Shown here: positions 9,387-20,500 of the stretch, piece by piece
Numbering within the stretch: position 1 is the stretch's first letter
Layout: each line of letters opens with the position of its first letter
Source of the DNA: Nitrosopumilaceae archaeon
Lineage (GTDB): Archaea; Thermoproteota; Nitrososphaeria; Nitrososphaerales; Nitrosopumilaceae
NCBI GenBank assembly: GCA_965203465.1
Contig: CBDBCR010000001.1
Location: forward strand, 672,001 to 736,000
DNA length: 64,000 bases
Direction: 5' to 3'
Program-made: the position numbers and the translations under genes
Notes under the pieces: generated by a model
Told to the model about the DNA's origin: nothing
Seen by the model: the letters and a program-made list of their open reading frames with translations, nothing else
Databases searched by the model: none

Positions 9387-9790
9387 CCCGCAGATCTAGG
9401 ATCGGGGCAAATAGCCGTTGCTGAAGGCGAACGCAAAGGCCGGCAGAGCCGGGCGACATACATGCCTAGGGGAAAGGCGGGCGCAGGGCGCAGTCGCCAA
9501 GGCCGGAGATCTTTGGCCCGGCGGCACTAGATCCGGCCAACAACGCAAATCTGCTGCCGGGCCGGGTTCGGCGTCCTGTTTTGGCATGGGGAAGCGGCCT
9601 TGGCTGGCAAGCCACCGGAAATGCCCGGCGTCCCGCCCCAGAACGGGCGAGTGGTGCCGTCGGCGCCGCGCCACCTGTCGGCCTTAGACTGCCCCCGGGC
9701 CGGCAGGGCCGTCCGGAGATGCATGGCGGGCGCCAGTTTCGGTCTCTATCCTGCCGCATCCCGCGGGGTTGGCACGCATCAAGCGTGGGT

Positions 9791-9803
9791 GGGGGGGGGG
9801 GGG
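9791..9803. repeat. G13 homopolymer upstream of the ParB-like operon promoter
   Basis: 13 consecutive G ending ~34 nt before the TATATA at 9837. Confidence 0.8.
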
Positions 9804-9867
9804 CAGGCTGGCGCGAAACCGCCGAAACGATCTATCTATATACGGGCTACGATCAATGCTTGGCAGG

Positions 9868-10860
9868 TTGGCAAGCACGCAGTCTACTTTGTCGGACATA
9901 GCTCCAAAGACAATAGCAAAGAACAGAGATAATCCGAGGCTACTTTTTGACGAAAGCGACTTGGAATACCTCCAACAGTCAATCAAAAAGTCCGGAATTC
10001 TCGTGCCGCTCATAGTTTACGAAAGCGGCAAAAACAAGTACACGTTGCTGGACGGGGAGCGGCGCCTGCGCTGCGCCAAAAACCTAAACATGGAAAAAGT
10101 CCCAGTGAACGTGATAGACAAACCCACCAAACTCCAAAACCTTCTGCTCATGTTCAACATCCACAACGTGCGCGAAGACTGGGAACTTGTCCCCACTGCG
10201 CTGAAATTGCAGACCATACTCAATCTTATCCCAGAATCTCCCACTATGAGCAACAAGGAACTGTCAAATCTCACCGGAATGTCGAACATAAGAATCACCG
10301 AATGCAAGCGAATACTGACCTTCGATCAAAAATACATAAACTTGGCTCTAGAACCGGAACCGAAGCGGCGCATAAGGGGCGACTTTTTCTCCCAACTGCA
10401 ACCGGTGCTGAAAAAACTGGACGACTACCCGTCAATCCTGTCCGAATACCCGAAAGAAAAGATAATCGACACTATGATAAAAAAATACCGCGACGGAACC
10501 ATCGCAAACCACATAAATGATTTCAGGCGGTTGCGCACGGTACTAAGAACCGCAAAAACCGACGCAGACAAGCAGGCAGTGTCGCGCGGGTTCAAAAAAT
10601 TCCTCCAATCAGAGCGACAACAAGACAAGTCGGGGAGACTCGGCGAGGCCATGACAATAGACGAGTTGTTCGAAGCATCCGCCCGCGGAACGTATGAAGA
10701 AAACGCGATACTGAGAAAATCTAGCAACCTGCAAGACGCGCTGTCAAACTTAAACACTGAGAAACTTGTCATGAAGAAAGAAATAGGTGATTCTCTGCGC
10801 GCTCTCCAAACACAGATAAGAGAAACGCTGAAAGGCGTGCAGGGTGGACACGGTGCGTGA
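9868..10860 (+). CDS. ParB/Sulfiredoxin (ParB-N) domain protein
   Basis: NPRLLFDESDLEYLQQSIKKSGILVPLIV...LLDGERRLRCA; HTH-like NKELSNLTGMS. Start set to TTG 9868, ~26 nt after TATATA (ATG 9856 is an alternative). Visibly lower GC than the flanks. Confidence 0.85.
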   Translation: MASTQSTLSDIAPKTIAKNRDNPRLLFDESDLEYLQQSIKKSGILVPLIVYESGKNKYTLLDGERRLRCAKNLNMEKVPVNVIDKPTKLQNLLLMFNIHNVREDWELVPTALKLQTILNLIPESPTMSNKELSNLTGMSNIRITECKRILTFDQKYINLALEPEPKRRIRGDFFSQLQPVLKKLDDYPSILSEYPKEKIIDTMIKKYRDGTIANHINDFRRLRTVLRTAKTDADKQAVSRGFKKFLQSERQQDKSGRLGEAMTIDELFEASARGTYEENAILRKSSNLQDALSNLNTEKLVMKKEIGDSLRALQTQIRETLKGVQGGHGA

Positions 10861-11668
10861 TGCAGATCGGTTTTTCCGAGAGAACAAGCCTCTCATAGCA
10901 AGATTGGCAAAAACGTTTGGCGATTACAGGGAAAAGGTCACCGAACGTCGGCTGAAAGATTACGTGAGCCAGTTTGGCGAGGATGCAGAAACCGGACTCA
11001 AAACACTGTCCTTGGTAGATTACTTTTCACACCAGCGGACCGTCTCCATGGTAAAGATATTGATAAAACAACTCCAAGATCGCTTGGAAATAAAAGACGA
11101 ACACGTTTATTTCAGTACTATGAGCTTGTATCCGGGCAGCAGCACGGATTACATGATCCGGATGTTCCGAAACACGTCAGAAATGGGGAGTAGTGAGTAC
11201 GATGGCAAGTTCCTCTATTTAGCAAATCTCAAAGACTTGGACAAAAAAAGGAGAAAACACATCGTGTTTTTTGACGACTTCGTGGGATCGGGGCGCACGA
11301 TAGAGCGCCTTTGGGACATTTCTGACATATGGTACAACAGTGCGCACAGATACTACCTGGGAATCATAGCCGGATACGCGTCCAAAATAAAACAGATCGA
11401 AGACACCACGCCCATGCGTGTTATCTGTGCGGAATCCATACCGGAAGAAAAGAGGGCTTTCCATCAAAACAACGCCGATTTCAGCTCGCAAGAAAAGAGA
11501 ATACTGAAAAAACACTGTAGGAGGGTGGATCCGAGACCCGACTACGTATACGGATACCGGAACACGCAGTCTCTGGTGGTGTTTTACGACAACGCCCCTA
11601 ACAACGCCATACCCATACTCCACCACACCACAGACGAATGGAAACCCATTTTCCCGCGGAGCGAATAG
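10844..11668 (+). CDS. Phosphoribosyltransferase-like protein (PRTase-CE-like)
   Basis: PRPP-binding loop IVFFDDFVGSGRT and C-terminal YGY...PNNAIPIL...WKPIFPR; overlaps the ParB-like gene by 17 nt. Confidence 0.8.
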   Translation: MDTVRDADRFFRENKPLIARLAKTFGDYREKVTERRLKDYVSQFGEDAETGLKTLSLVDYFSHQRTVSMVKILIKQLQDRLEIKDEHVYFSTMSLYPGSSTDYMIRMFRNTSEMGSSEYDGKFLYLANLKDLDKKRRKHIVFFDDFVGSGRTIERLWDISDIWYNSAHRYYLGIIAGYASKIKQIEDTTPMRVICAESIPEEKRAFHQNNADFSSQEKRILKKHCRRVDPRPDYVYGYRNTQSLVVFYDNAPNNAIPILHHTTDEWKPIFPRSE

Positions 11669-11890
11669 GCCCGAACTGAGGCAAACCGCGCAGTCGCCGC
11701 CCGCGGAGGTCGTTCACGTCTGCCCGCTTTGAGCCTCGACCGGAGGGCCTGGCACGGAGTCAGGCCCGTCTGCGCCGGCCGGCACGCGCTAGTCTGCCCC
11801 CGCGAATCCGGCTTTGCCGGGCGCGGGTTCGCGCGCGTACGCTGGTCGAGCGACTACACTCATATTTACGCCGCCCGCATCAAAGATGCG

Positions 11891-13579
11891 ATGGAGGCAG
11901 GATCGAGCGGGCGGGCGGATCGAATAGTGGGCGCGTTTGAAAAAAGCAGCGTCATATTGTTCAGGCTTCCCCCTGTACGCAAAAACGCGCTCAACCCGTC
12001 GCGCACCAACTCCGCATCCGGACAACTGCGCAGGTTCTCCAAGTTGGCCGAGTTTGTCGGAAACATCGGATCGCCCAAAAAAATACTGGCGTTCCTGGGA
12101 TCAATGCACGCGCTTCCCTACGTGTACAATTCCATCGGCGGCTACGAATTCCTCTCGCTGGTGTCTTTGGACACCAAGAAGCGCGGTTCGTCGGGGCTCT
12201 TTTCCGAACACGAAGGCTTGCTACTTTTGTCCTCTGGACGGGGACTGCTGGATGTAAAACAGCCGTATTCCTACTGCAAGGCGTGCGGAGACACGGTAAA
12301 AGACTACGGGGGGAAGAGGTACCTGATGAGCAGGGAGGGGACGCGCATGTCGGACGTATGGAAGGACTCGGTGGCGACTCCGTCCGGCGGATTGTGGAAA
12401 CTGCTGGACAGGCTGGCACTCATTACGGGCACGCGCCGCAGCGACATTTCCTTCCTGGATGTCGCAAACGACGGCCTGTGCCGCCGGTTGGACGCGTCCG
12501 GCGAGCTGAAGCCCGGCCGGGCCGCCTCCGCGGCCAGGCCGGTCAGGCGCAGAAAGCCCACCAACCGCATATTCTGCGGCGACGTGCTCGGCGAATTCGG
12601 CAAGATTCCCGACGGCTGCGTCGATCTGGTGCTGGTCGATCCGCCGTACAACCTCAACGTTCGATACGGACGCGTTAGGGACGATATGGAGGAGGAGAAA
12701 TACGTAGAATGGAGCAAGCTGTGGATTGACCAGGCGTGCAGGACGCTGAGGCCCGGCGGGACGCTGGCCATGGTCAACCTCCCAACGTGGTCCATGCGGC
12801 TCTTTCCGTACCTTGCGCGAATCATGCGGTTTCAGTGCTGGATCGTGTGGGACGCCTGGTCGGTGCCAAGGAAACACCTCATCTCGGCGCACTATCCCAT
12901 CCTCGTGTTCTCCAAGACCGGCGCGGCGCCTACCCGGAACGCAGTCAAAAGCCCGCGCGGGCTGGACGCGGAGACGACAGATCTGATGTTTCCGCTGGCG
13001 GAAGGCTACTGCATACGCGGAAAATGTAAAAGCCGGCGCCCGGCCAGGATGTTGCGCGATCGGGTGCCCTTGGGGCACGTGTGGTCCGACGCACACCGCA
13101 TCCGGCACAATTCGCTGCGCTACAACCACCCCACGCTGATGCCGCAAAAGCTGGCCCTGAGGGCGATATCGCTGTTTTCGAACCCCGGAGACACCGTGCT
13201 GGACTGCTTCAACGGAGTGGGGACGACCACCCTGACCGCCCAGATGGCCGGAAGGTCGTTCATAGGGATAGAAAAGAACAGATCGTACCACAGAACGTCC
13301 CTAGACAGGCACTCCGCGCTCTCGAGAAATCTAGATCCGTTCGCGCGCGGGAACGGAAGATCCACGAGCGCCGCAAAGGGGTACCGCCCCCCCAAGCCGC
13401 AGACGCACGTGCCAAAGAAGAACCTGCAGCTGGAAGTGAAGAGAGTCTGCCGAATGCTCGGGCGGTGCCCGTCCGATTCCGAGTTGGAATTGCACGGGGC
13501 GTACCCCCTGTCGTACTATTACGACAATTTCAGGGACAGGGCCGAAATCACCGTGGCCGCCCGAAGAACGGGCATATGA
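11891..13579 (+). CDS. Beta-class N4C/N6A DNA methyltransferase with degenerate N-terminal MTase-like region and C-terminal homing-endonuclease-associated repeat
   Basis: DPPY precedes HPTLMP and VLDCFNGVGTT. The N-terminal part has CxxC and MSDVWKD; the tail EVKRVCRMLGRCPSDSELELHGAYPLSYYYDNF resembles the HNH-associated repeat. Start ATG 11891 is inferred. Confidence 0.85.
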   Translation: MEAGSSGRADRIVGAFEKSSVILFRLPPVRKNALNPSRTNSASGQLRRFSKLAEFVGNIGSPKKILAFLGSMHALPYVYNSIGGYEFLSLVSLDTKKRGSSGLFSEHEGLLLLSSGRGLLDVKQPYSYCKACGDTVKDYGGKRYLMSREGTRMSDVWKDSVATPSGGLWKLLDRLALITGTRRSDISFLDVANDGLCRRLDASGELKPGRAASAARPVRRRKPTNRIFCGDVLGEFGKIPDGCVDLVLVDPPYNLNVRYGRVRDDMEEEKYVEWSKLWIDQACRTLRPGGTLAMVNLPTWSMRLFPYLARIMRFQCWIVWDAWSVPRKHLISAHYPILVFSKTGAAPTRNAVKSPRGLDAETTDLMFPLAEGYCIRGKCKSRRPARMLRDRVPLGHVWSDAHRIRHNSLRYNHPTLMPQKLALRAISLFSNPGDTVLDCFNGVGTTTLTAQMAGRSFIGIEKNRSYHRTSLDRHSALSRNLDPFARGNGRSTSAAKGYRPPKPQTHVPKKNLQLEVKRVCRMLGRCPSDSELELHGAYPLSYYYDNFRDRAEITVAARRTGI

Positions 13580-14727
13580 CGGCTTGGGAGTGCCCGAAAG
13601 CCCCGCCGGCGGCCAGTTCCCGATCGCCACGCGGCCAGACCGGGCAGAGCGGCATTATCCGACAGGCGCGCCCGCTCCGCGCAGCCGAGCACGCAGGCGC
13701 CCGAACCGTGGCTGCGGGGCAAGCGGCAGGGCCTGCGCAGCTTCCGAGCGTCCACTCGGTTCGAGGCCGCAGTATGGACGGCAGAGCCAGCTAACGCGGC
13801 GGATTGCAGGCTCTAGGCCCCGCGCGGAACTGGCGTGTTCTAGACTTGGATGTAGAGGCCGCGCTATCACGTCTCGAGGCCCAGATCTCCGGGCTTTACA
13901 AAGCCCGCTGTGTCGATCAAGGCACGCTCTATCTTCTCGAGGTCCGTGGCGCGCCCGCCCGCGAACCCTACGCAGAGATCGAACAAAAGATGCGCGGGCA
14001 CGATGCAGAATTTCCGAGCTTGTGCAAACTCCATCTGATCGGGTTCCAGACGGCTGCGTTCGTCTTTCGAGGTGCGGATGTCGGACAGCCGATGCATGTT
14101 TGCGACCAAAATTCCCTTTGACTTGATGCCTTTGGACCATCCGCCGTCGACCCATTCTGCAAGCTGCCTCAGGTCGTCCCGTTTGATCTTGTTCTCGACG
14201 CCCTTGACTTCTACATAGCAGGTGCAGCGCGCGTCGACGGACGGCGTTAGCACGAGGTCTTCCCTGCCGGGCTCTCCAGGCTTTGCGTCCAGGCTGAGCG
14301 TCTTGAAGGCCGCCAAGACCGCGCCTTCCAGCTCGCCGCCGGTCGCGTACAAAAGCTTGGCCAAAGATCGCCTGTCCGCAAAATCTTCTTCCAAGGCCCG
14401 GATCTGTTCTTTCTTTTCCGCGACCTGCTTTTTTAGCAAGCCTATCTTTCGCGCGATGGCGCGGGTCTCGGGAATGTCGACGAGCTTGGACCACTCGGGT
14501 TCTGGAGTGGAGTAGTCCAAGCCCAAAACCTCCAGAACCTTGCCGACGGATTCTTCGGGTGTACGCAGCGGCGGGAGCATGACCCTTAACGCGCTTGAAG
14601 AATGCAGGCGGTACATGCACGCGACCAGATCCCCGCTTTTGGTTTCTGCAACGTGCGCTCCTCTGTGAATGCGCATGGACATGCCGACGTTGCAGGACTT
14701 TAATTCTTTAAAGTATTTTTCAAACTT

Positions 14728-16053
14728 GGCTTTGTTCGGTAATTCCGCGCCTCCGCTGATACGGGTCGGCCGAGTCCCTCGTTTTCCGCTCCCGCCCTAG
14801 CCGTACCCCTCCCCGGCCCGCTCCCCGGACCCCGCCGGCGCCGTCCCGTGCAGGTAACCCCGCGCCTGCGCCATGTCGATCATCGTGTTGTAGATTGCGG
14901 CCTTTGTCATGACCTCGTTGACCACGTTCTGCCAGTTTCTGGACATGACAGACTCTCCGAATATCCTCTTGAACGTGGAAAACGACCCCTCTACGGACTG
15001 GCGCTGGTTGTAGCCGCTCTCCTGCATCCACACTCCCTGGTTGGCCGTCTTTTGCTCGTCTGTCATTTTGGCGAACTTTTGCTGCGCGTCGCGGTCGATC
15101 TTGTCGAACCCGCCCAGCTGCCGGAACCCGGCCTCCTTGCGGGCCGTGGATCCGTTGGCGTTGCCCGCAAAGTTGCGCCGCACGGGAACCAGCCCCTCGA
15201 CGCCGTGCTCGTCGAACAGCCGGTACGACTCTTTGGAATCGTAGGCCGCGTCAAGGCCGACCTTTACTTTGGGTTCGGCCGGCTTGTCCGCGGAAGGCGC
15301 GGCCGACTTTGCGTTGGACAGGGCCTGGCGGAGCAGTTCCTTGAGGTTGGGCATGTCGCCCTCCTTGTCCGTGGTTATCTTTATGGCGTAGATCCTCTTG
15401 GTTTTCGCGTCCACGATGACGTGCAGTTTGACGAAGCCCTTCCTGCCGCCCCATTTCTGATCCATCCAGTTGCCGCGGTTGGTCGATTTGAGGCCGGTCG
15501 AATCGCCCGCGAAAAACTCCACGCGGATCTTGTCGCCGTTGCCCAGGTACAGCGTGCCGCCCTCGCCGTCCTTTTCCGCTATGGCGTTTATCCGCTCGAA
15601 GATGACGGAGTGCGACGGGACGCCCCTGCCCACGAGCGCCTCGAATACGCCCTTGAGCTGCCTGTACGGCACGCGCGCCACGGCCCTGAAGATCTTGGCC
15701 GCCACGAACGCCTCGTCGGAGTACTTGAACGGGCGCCCCACCTTGCCATCGTTGATCTCCTTCACGTCGTACAGCATGTCCTCGTCGATGTCCAGCACGT
15801 AGAACTTGCCGCGCTCGATGTACTTGCGGTCGTCGTACTTGCGCGCCGCCTTCTTGTCACCGCCCCCGGCCGCCTTGCCGCGCCCCTTATAGCCCGGCTT
15901 GGCGATTGTCAGCTGGCGGTTCGATCCGTCGCCTTTCATCTACTCGGCGACGGATCGCCGTCTGACTATTTAACACCGGCAGATCTCCGGGCTGCTCCAT
16001 CATGTGGCGCCCCCCGGCGCAGGCACGGATCCGGGGAATTACCGAACAGAGCC
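14728..16053 (-). mobile_element. IS5-family insertion sequence (IS903-like ends), 1326 bp
   Basis: 19-bp TIRs GGCTTTGTTCGGTAATTCC (14728-14746) and GGAATTACCGAACAGAGCC (16035-16053), one mismatch; 8-bp TSD TCAAACTT at 14720-14727 and 16054-16061. Confidence 0.95.
14797..15939 (-). CDS. IS5-family DDE transposase
   Basis: AGDSTG...KLHVIVD...LDAAYDS...YNQRQSVEGSFSTFKRIFG catalytic motifs; lies inside the TIRs. Confidence 0.93.
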   Translation of the reverse strand: MKGDGSNRQLTIAKPGYKGRGKAAGGGDKKAARKYDDRKYIERGKFYVLDIDEDMLYDVKEINDGKVGRPFKYSDEAFVAAKIFRAVARVPYRQLKGVFEALVGRGVPSHSVIFERINAIAEKDGEGGTLYLGNGDKIRVEFFAGDSTGLKSTNRGNWMDQKWGGRKGFVKLHVIVDAKTKRIYAIKITTDKEGDMPNLKELLRQALSNAKSAAPSADKPAEPKVKVGLDAAYDSKESYRLFDEHGVEGLVPVRRNFAGNANGSTARKEAGFRQLGGFDKIDRDAQQKFAKMTDEQKTANQGVWMQESGYNQRQSVEGSFSTFKRIFGESVMSRNWQNVVNEVMTKAAIYNTMIDMAQARGYLHGTAPAGSGERAGEGYG

Positions 16054-16949
16054 TCAAACTTGGCAAGTTCGGTGGACTTCCAGCCGGCGTCCAGCCGCGT
16101 GGCACCGGGTTCGATCCTGTGCGTAGATATGTTGTCAGAATCCGGGTGCCAGAAATACTCGGAAACGTAAACCGGGGGCAGATTGCCGCGCCCACCCGTG
16201 CCGGGACCGTCCCCCTGATCAGGATTGTCTGATGCAAGAAACCGCTTATCGGAAACGACGCAGACGAGCATAAAGTCGCTCCTGCCGGATCTTTTGTCGA
16301 TCTCGTGCACGAGTGCCCTCATCTCGTCAGAGTTCGTAAAGAGTGGATCTTGCCGTAACAAAGAGCGCGCGTCGACTATGAGAACGTCGCAGTCTGCAAA
16401 GCTGACGCCTCTTTCCCACGGGACGTGCCTGCAGCCGTCAACCAGCGTCCCGAGGCACCAGACTCTGTCACGGGCCCAAGTCACGCCGGCGATCTCGGTT
16501 TGTCGGTCGGGCAATCTATCCTCCCTTTCCCGGAACTGGCCTACAGCGCGAAGCGCTCCGCCCGGGCGCGTTTCCCGCCTTGCAGGAATCCGGCCCCCCT
16601 CCGGATCCAAAAGCGTGCGTGCTGCGTGCCGGGCACGGAAGCGAACCGGGCCGGGCGCTTATAGAGTTGGCGGCAGGGCGGGTGCCCGTAGTTTGCGCCT
16701 GCGTAGAATCTCTTCATGGCACGAGGGCCGTAACCTGCCAGCGGAAACCGCCCCGCGCCGGGCTACACGCCATCGAGGGATCTGACCCCCCGCAGGCGCC
16801 ATCGCTTGCCGCCTAATCCGGAGCGCGCTTTCCGCCCGGAAATCGGGCACGGGGAATGTAAGGTGGCGTGCGATAACCCGTGCCGCGGGGAGGGTTAGGG
16901 CAACCCACTACGTTATGTTTAAATCACTCAAAATCGGCACGGGGCAGGA

Positions 16950-17192
16950 ATGAGTGTGTTTGACGTTGCGCAAATTTGCGTAAAAGGCCACGTTGTGAAC
17001 ATGGCGTCGAAAAAGAGCCCAGAGCGCAACAGCAAGTTTTGCCCAAAATGCGGAGCGGAAACGATAACGAGTTGTACGAAATGCGGCGAAGAAATTCGGG
17101 GGTTCGACCATGTAGAAATCGAAGCTATTTACAACTACGAACGCCCAGATTATTGTAGGGGATGCAGAGAGCCGTATCCTTGGACAAAATAA
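16950..17192 (+). CDS. DUF2321-like zinc-ribbon protein (short form)
   Basis: DVAQICVKGH...FCPKCG...CTKCG...YCRGCREPYPWT; TTTAAAT box at 16918-16924. Confidence 0.85.
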   Translation: MSVFDVAQICVKGHVVNMASKKSPERNSKFCPKCGAETITSCTKCGEEIRGFDHVEIEAIYNYERPDYCRGCREPYPWTK

Positions 17193-17436
17193 CCTTGCCG
17201 GCCAAGTAGCCGTGTTTAATCCCCTGTCGGATTCTGCCGGGATCCGTCTGCGCGGCATGTTCTGCGCTGTGCGGTACGGCACGGGGGGCAGGATGGGTTC
17301 GCCAGACACGGCCTGTATCGCGGATGCGAGGGCGCGACATAGCGGTGCTGGGCGCGCGCCGCGGCTGTAGGAGCCCGACCGCGGGTTCCCCTACCCCCGC
17401 AGTGCGTCAGACTGGGGCGTTTCGTGCCTACTGGCC

Positions 17437-17460
17437 GGGGGGGGGGGGGTGAGTGCATAC
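17437..17460. mobile_element. Solo end of the MITE family seen at 32947-33051, with G13 tract
   Basis: G13-TGAGTGCATAC is the reverse complement of the MITE left end GTATGCACTCACCCCCC; no partner end seen nearby. Confidence 0.6.
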
Positions 17461-17508
17461 CAAACTGGCCCGTCATACACTCTTATGTGCAAATAGGTCG
17501 ATCCGGGT

Positions 17509-20500
17509 GTGGCCGCCATACGCCGAGCAGGTGGCTCGGTGCCAGAATCCAGAGCCGAAATTCACGTACAAAGCGACGTCTTTGCGTCAGGCGACGAAAA
17601 ACTCTTGTTCGAAAGGCTCTACGAGCAGTCCCAAGATCTGGGATACATGTTTTATTCCGCCCTGTTCGTCCTGCGCCGTAACGCGCCGGGGCAATCTTCG
17701 AACCCGAGCGATCCGCCGGGGGGCGTAAACCCGGACAGGATGGCGCAGTCTGCACACTCTGTCCGTGAAACGCTAGTGCATGCAGAAGATAAACTGAAAC
17801 TCGATCTGTTTGCCTATTCCGCCTATGGAAAAGCAACACCGACGTCCGCAGACAAAACCGAGAAGAAATTCTTAAACAACCCTACACATGTAGAAAAAAT
17901 ACAGTCGATCAGCGATCCTGGCAGGTATCTCCCCAAACACCTGTCTCGCTTGTACAAGGACATCAACAAACTCCACCGGTGGTTTGTGAAGGTGTCCCAC
18001 CACGGCCCGCCCCCGTCCGAGCAAGAATATCGCAAGAAACTCGGCGCGTTTACCCGCCACATGAACCGGTTGCTGGAGCCTTATTTTCAGGTAACCCGCC
18101 AGATCGACGCCGCGCTAAAAGATCAGGGGGCGGATCTGGAAAAGATGGAGGCCCTGCTCTGCAAGAACTGGCAAGCCTACCACTATTTTTTTAAAAACGC
18201 GTCTGCCCGGTGGCTGGACGCGCTGATTCGAAGCGGAACCTACTTTGTCCATGTGCCAGGATCCGTGTCGGATACGGGCGAGTACATGCCAATAGTATGG
18301 CCCGAATCCAAGTATCTGGCGCGCATTGCAAAAGAAAGGCCGGAACTGGTCACGGACACGATTCTGAAGGTGCGCGTCACAGAGCGCAAAAACCCCACCG
18401 TGCTGGCAGACTTTGCCCAGGCCGCATCCGAAATGCCCGCAAAGTTCGGTAAAAAAATAGCAAACAAGGCACTCGAAGAACAGTGGCACCGCAATGCCGG
18501 CCAGCGCCTGCCTTGGATCGTGGCCGAACAGATCGGCGCGCTTGCCGCAAAGTTGGCTCCCAAGGAATTCGACACCGCCTTGAAACTGTGCGAGAACCTG
18601 CTACACCTGAACGACGGCGACGGATATGCGCGGGGGTATCTAAACGACTACGATTATCGGTGCGTGCTGGAAACAACCGTCACCGTTCTGGCAGAACGCG
18701 ACGCAAACAAGACGCTGGACATGTTGTGCAATATGCTGTCAAGGGCGGTCCGGACGATAAACGCGGGGCTCGGGAGCGGCCACATGCCCTCGAGCTCTTG
18801 GCACTGGGACGTCGGGTGCGACGAGCGGAACATGCACATGGGGGCAATATCGCTGCTGATAGTGGCGATACGCAAGGTTCTGGAGATGTCCGAAAGACAG
18901 ATCGACGATCTCGCCGGTTCGCTCGAGGTGCTCGACTCGTACAAGGATCCCGTATTCCTCAGAATCAAGATGCACTTTTACGCAAAGCATCCGGCCCGTT
19001 TCGTGAAAGAAATGCTCCCTTTGGCGTCTTCGCAGTTTGACGTAAAAGAGTGCGAGAGCGAGTATCGGCGCATGCTGCAGTTCGGCTATCTGTATTTCGA
19101 CGGCGATACGCGAAAAGATCTGCGCGCAAAGATCCTTGCCGGGCCCCGCCCCTACACCGGCGACCCCGCAGGTCACGAAAGACGCAAAGATTCCTGGACG
19201 CTGGAAAAACTGCACCCTCTCCGAAACGTGGAGGAATTCAACCCGGAATACACGTCTTTGAAGATCAAGTTGGGGGGGCCCATGGACTTCGGCGAACACA
19301 CGCCCGCGTATGCCACACCAAAACCGACCTTGGATCCGTGCATGTCGCCCGAAGAGGTGATCCAGTACTTGGAATCGCACAAAGACGAGTTCGACGACAA
19401 CTATCACGAATTCAGGCGCTCGGTGTCCAGAAACCCGTCCGAATACTGCAAGCTGGCGAGCCGCATGCGCGACATGCCGGTGCTGTTTCTCCGCGGGTTC
19501 TTTGACGAACTGTCTGACGCCGATGCGGCGCTTGACTGGGAACCTGTCTTGGATCTCTGCGGACTGATGATGGACGACGCCGACACTTCGCTCATTTCTG
19601 ATTCACTGTTGGACGACTGTGGAAACATGCTGCGGAAAAATCTCACGCCCGACAAGATCCCGTTCAGTCTGCGCGGCAAAGTATGGAACGTGCTGGATCG
19701 AGCGACGCGAATCGTGCTGTCCCGTTACGGCTCGCATCGCGAATATTCAAAGCCGGGCAACGCGTTCAATTCCTGCATAAACAGCGGAACGGGGCAGACG
19801 ACGCTTGCGATCGTACAATACGCCGCTTGGTGCCACCGTGGACTAGCACGGGGCGGCGAACCCGGCCGGCTCGTAGACGAGGCCAAGTCCGCGCTCGAGT
19901 CGTTGCTGGATCGGCACAAGTCCAATTCCGTTCACGCCGCGATGGGGATCAACTTCGCCAGACTGGCGGATCTGGACGAGGAATGGGCTTCAAGTCAGAC
20001 AAACTCGATATTCGACCACGGGCATTCCTCGGGGGCCGCCGCTTGGGAGGCGTACGTGCAAAGCTGCGTGCGCCAAACCAGCTTTGAGCTGCTTTATGCG
20101 GAATACTTGTACAGGTTTGATGCTGTCTCTGATCCCGGCACACTCAAAATGATGTCGGATCACGTGGCCGTGGCGCACTTGCACGGCCTTGAAAAAACCG
20201 ACGCGTTGATCGACTCGATCATGAAAAAAGACAGCCCGGGACTGCTGTCTTACCTGGTAGAGTGCATGGGCAAATCCGCCAGCAAACTGTCCGTCAAAGA
20301 TCTCAAGGCGGACATGGGCGCGTTTGCCTCGCGCGAGGAAGTGTCCAAGACTCCGAGCGCGGGGTGGCTGTTCCTGAACAGGCACGCGGACGACGGGGCC
20401 CGCTTGGCATTGCTGGATCGGGTATTGATCGCGACCGGGGGGAAGATAGAGCCGGCACACCTCGTCGTCGAGGATCTGCAGTCCACGTCGCGTTCGCACC

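Larger units (their letters stand above)
13867..16484 (-). pseudogene. Coiled-coil + PD-(D/E)xK (Mrr/REase-like) nuclease gene split by IS5
   Basis: Removing 14728-16061 rejoins ...TELAKFE-KYFKELKSCNVGMSMRIH... in frame (~427 aa from GTG 16484; start uncertain). The C-terminal half has ELEGAV...GREDLVL...VEVKG...LRQL. Confidence 0.85.

Noticed and set aside
9868-10860. Chromosome-partition ParB
   Set aside because: No ParA is adjacent, and the gene is translationally coupled to a PRTase instead.
16684-16703. Partial match of the CRISPR spacer (GCCCGTAGT..GCnCCTGCG) to an intergenic region
   Set aside because: Only 9 + 8 nt with a 2-nt gap, at the PAM-distal end for the predicted orientation; compatible with chance in GC-rich DNA.
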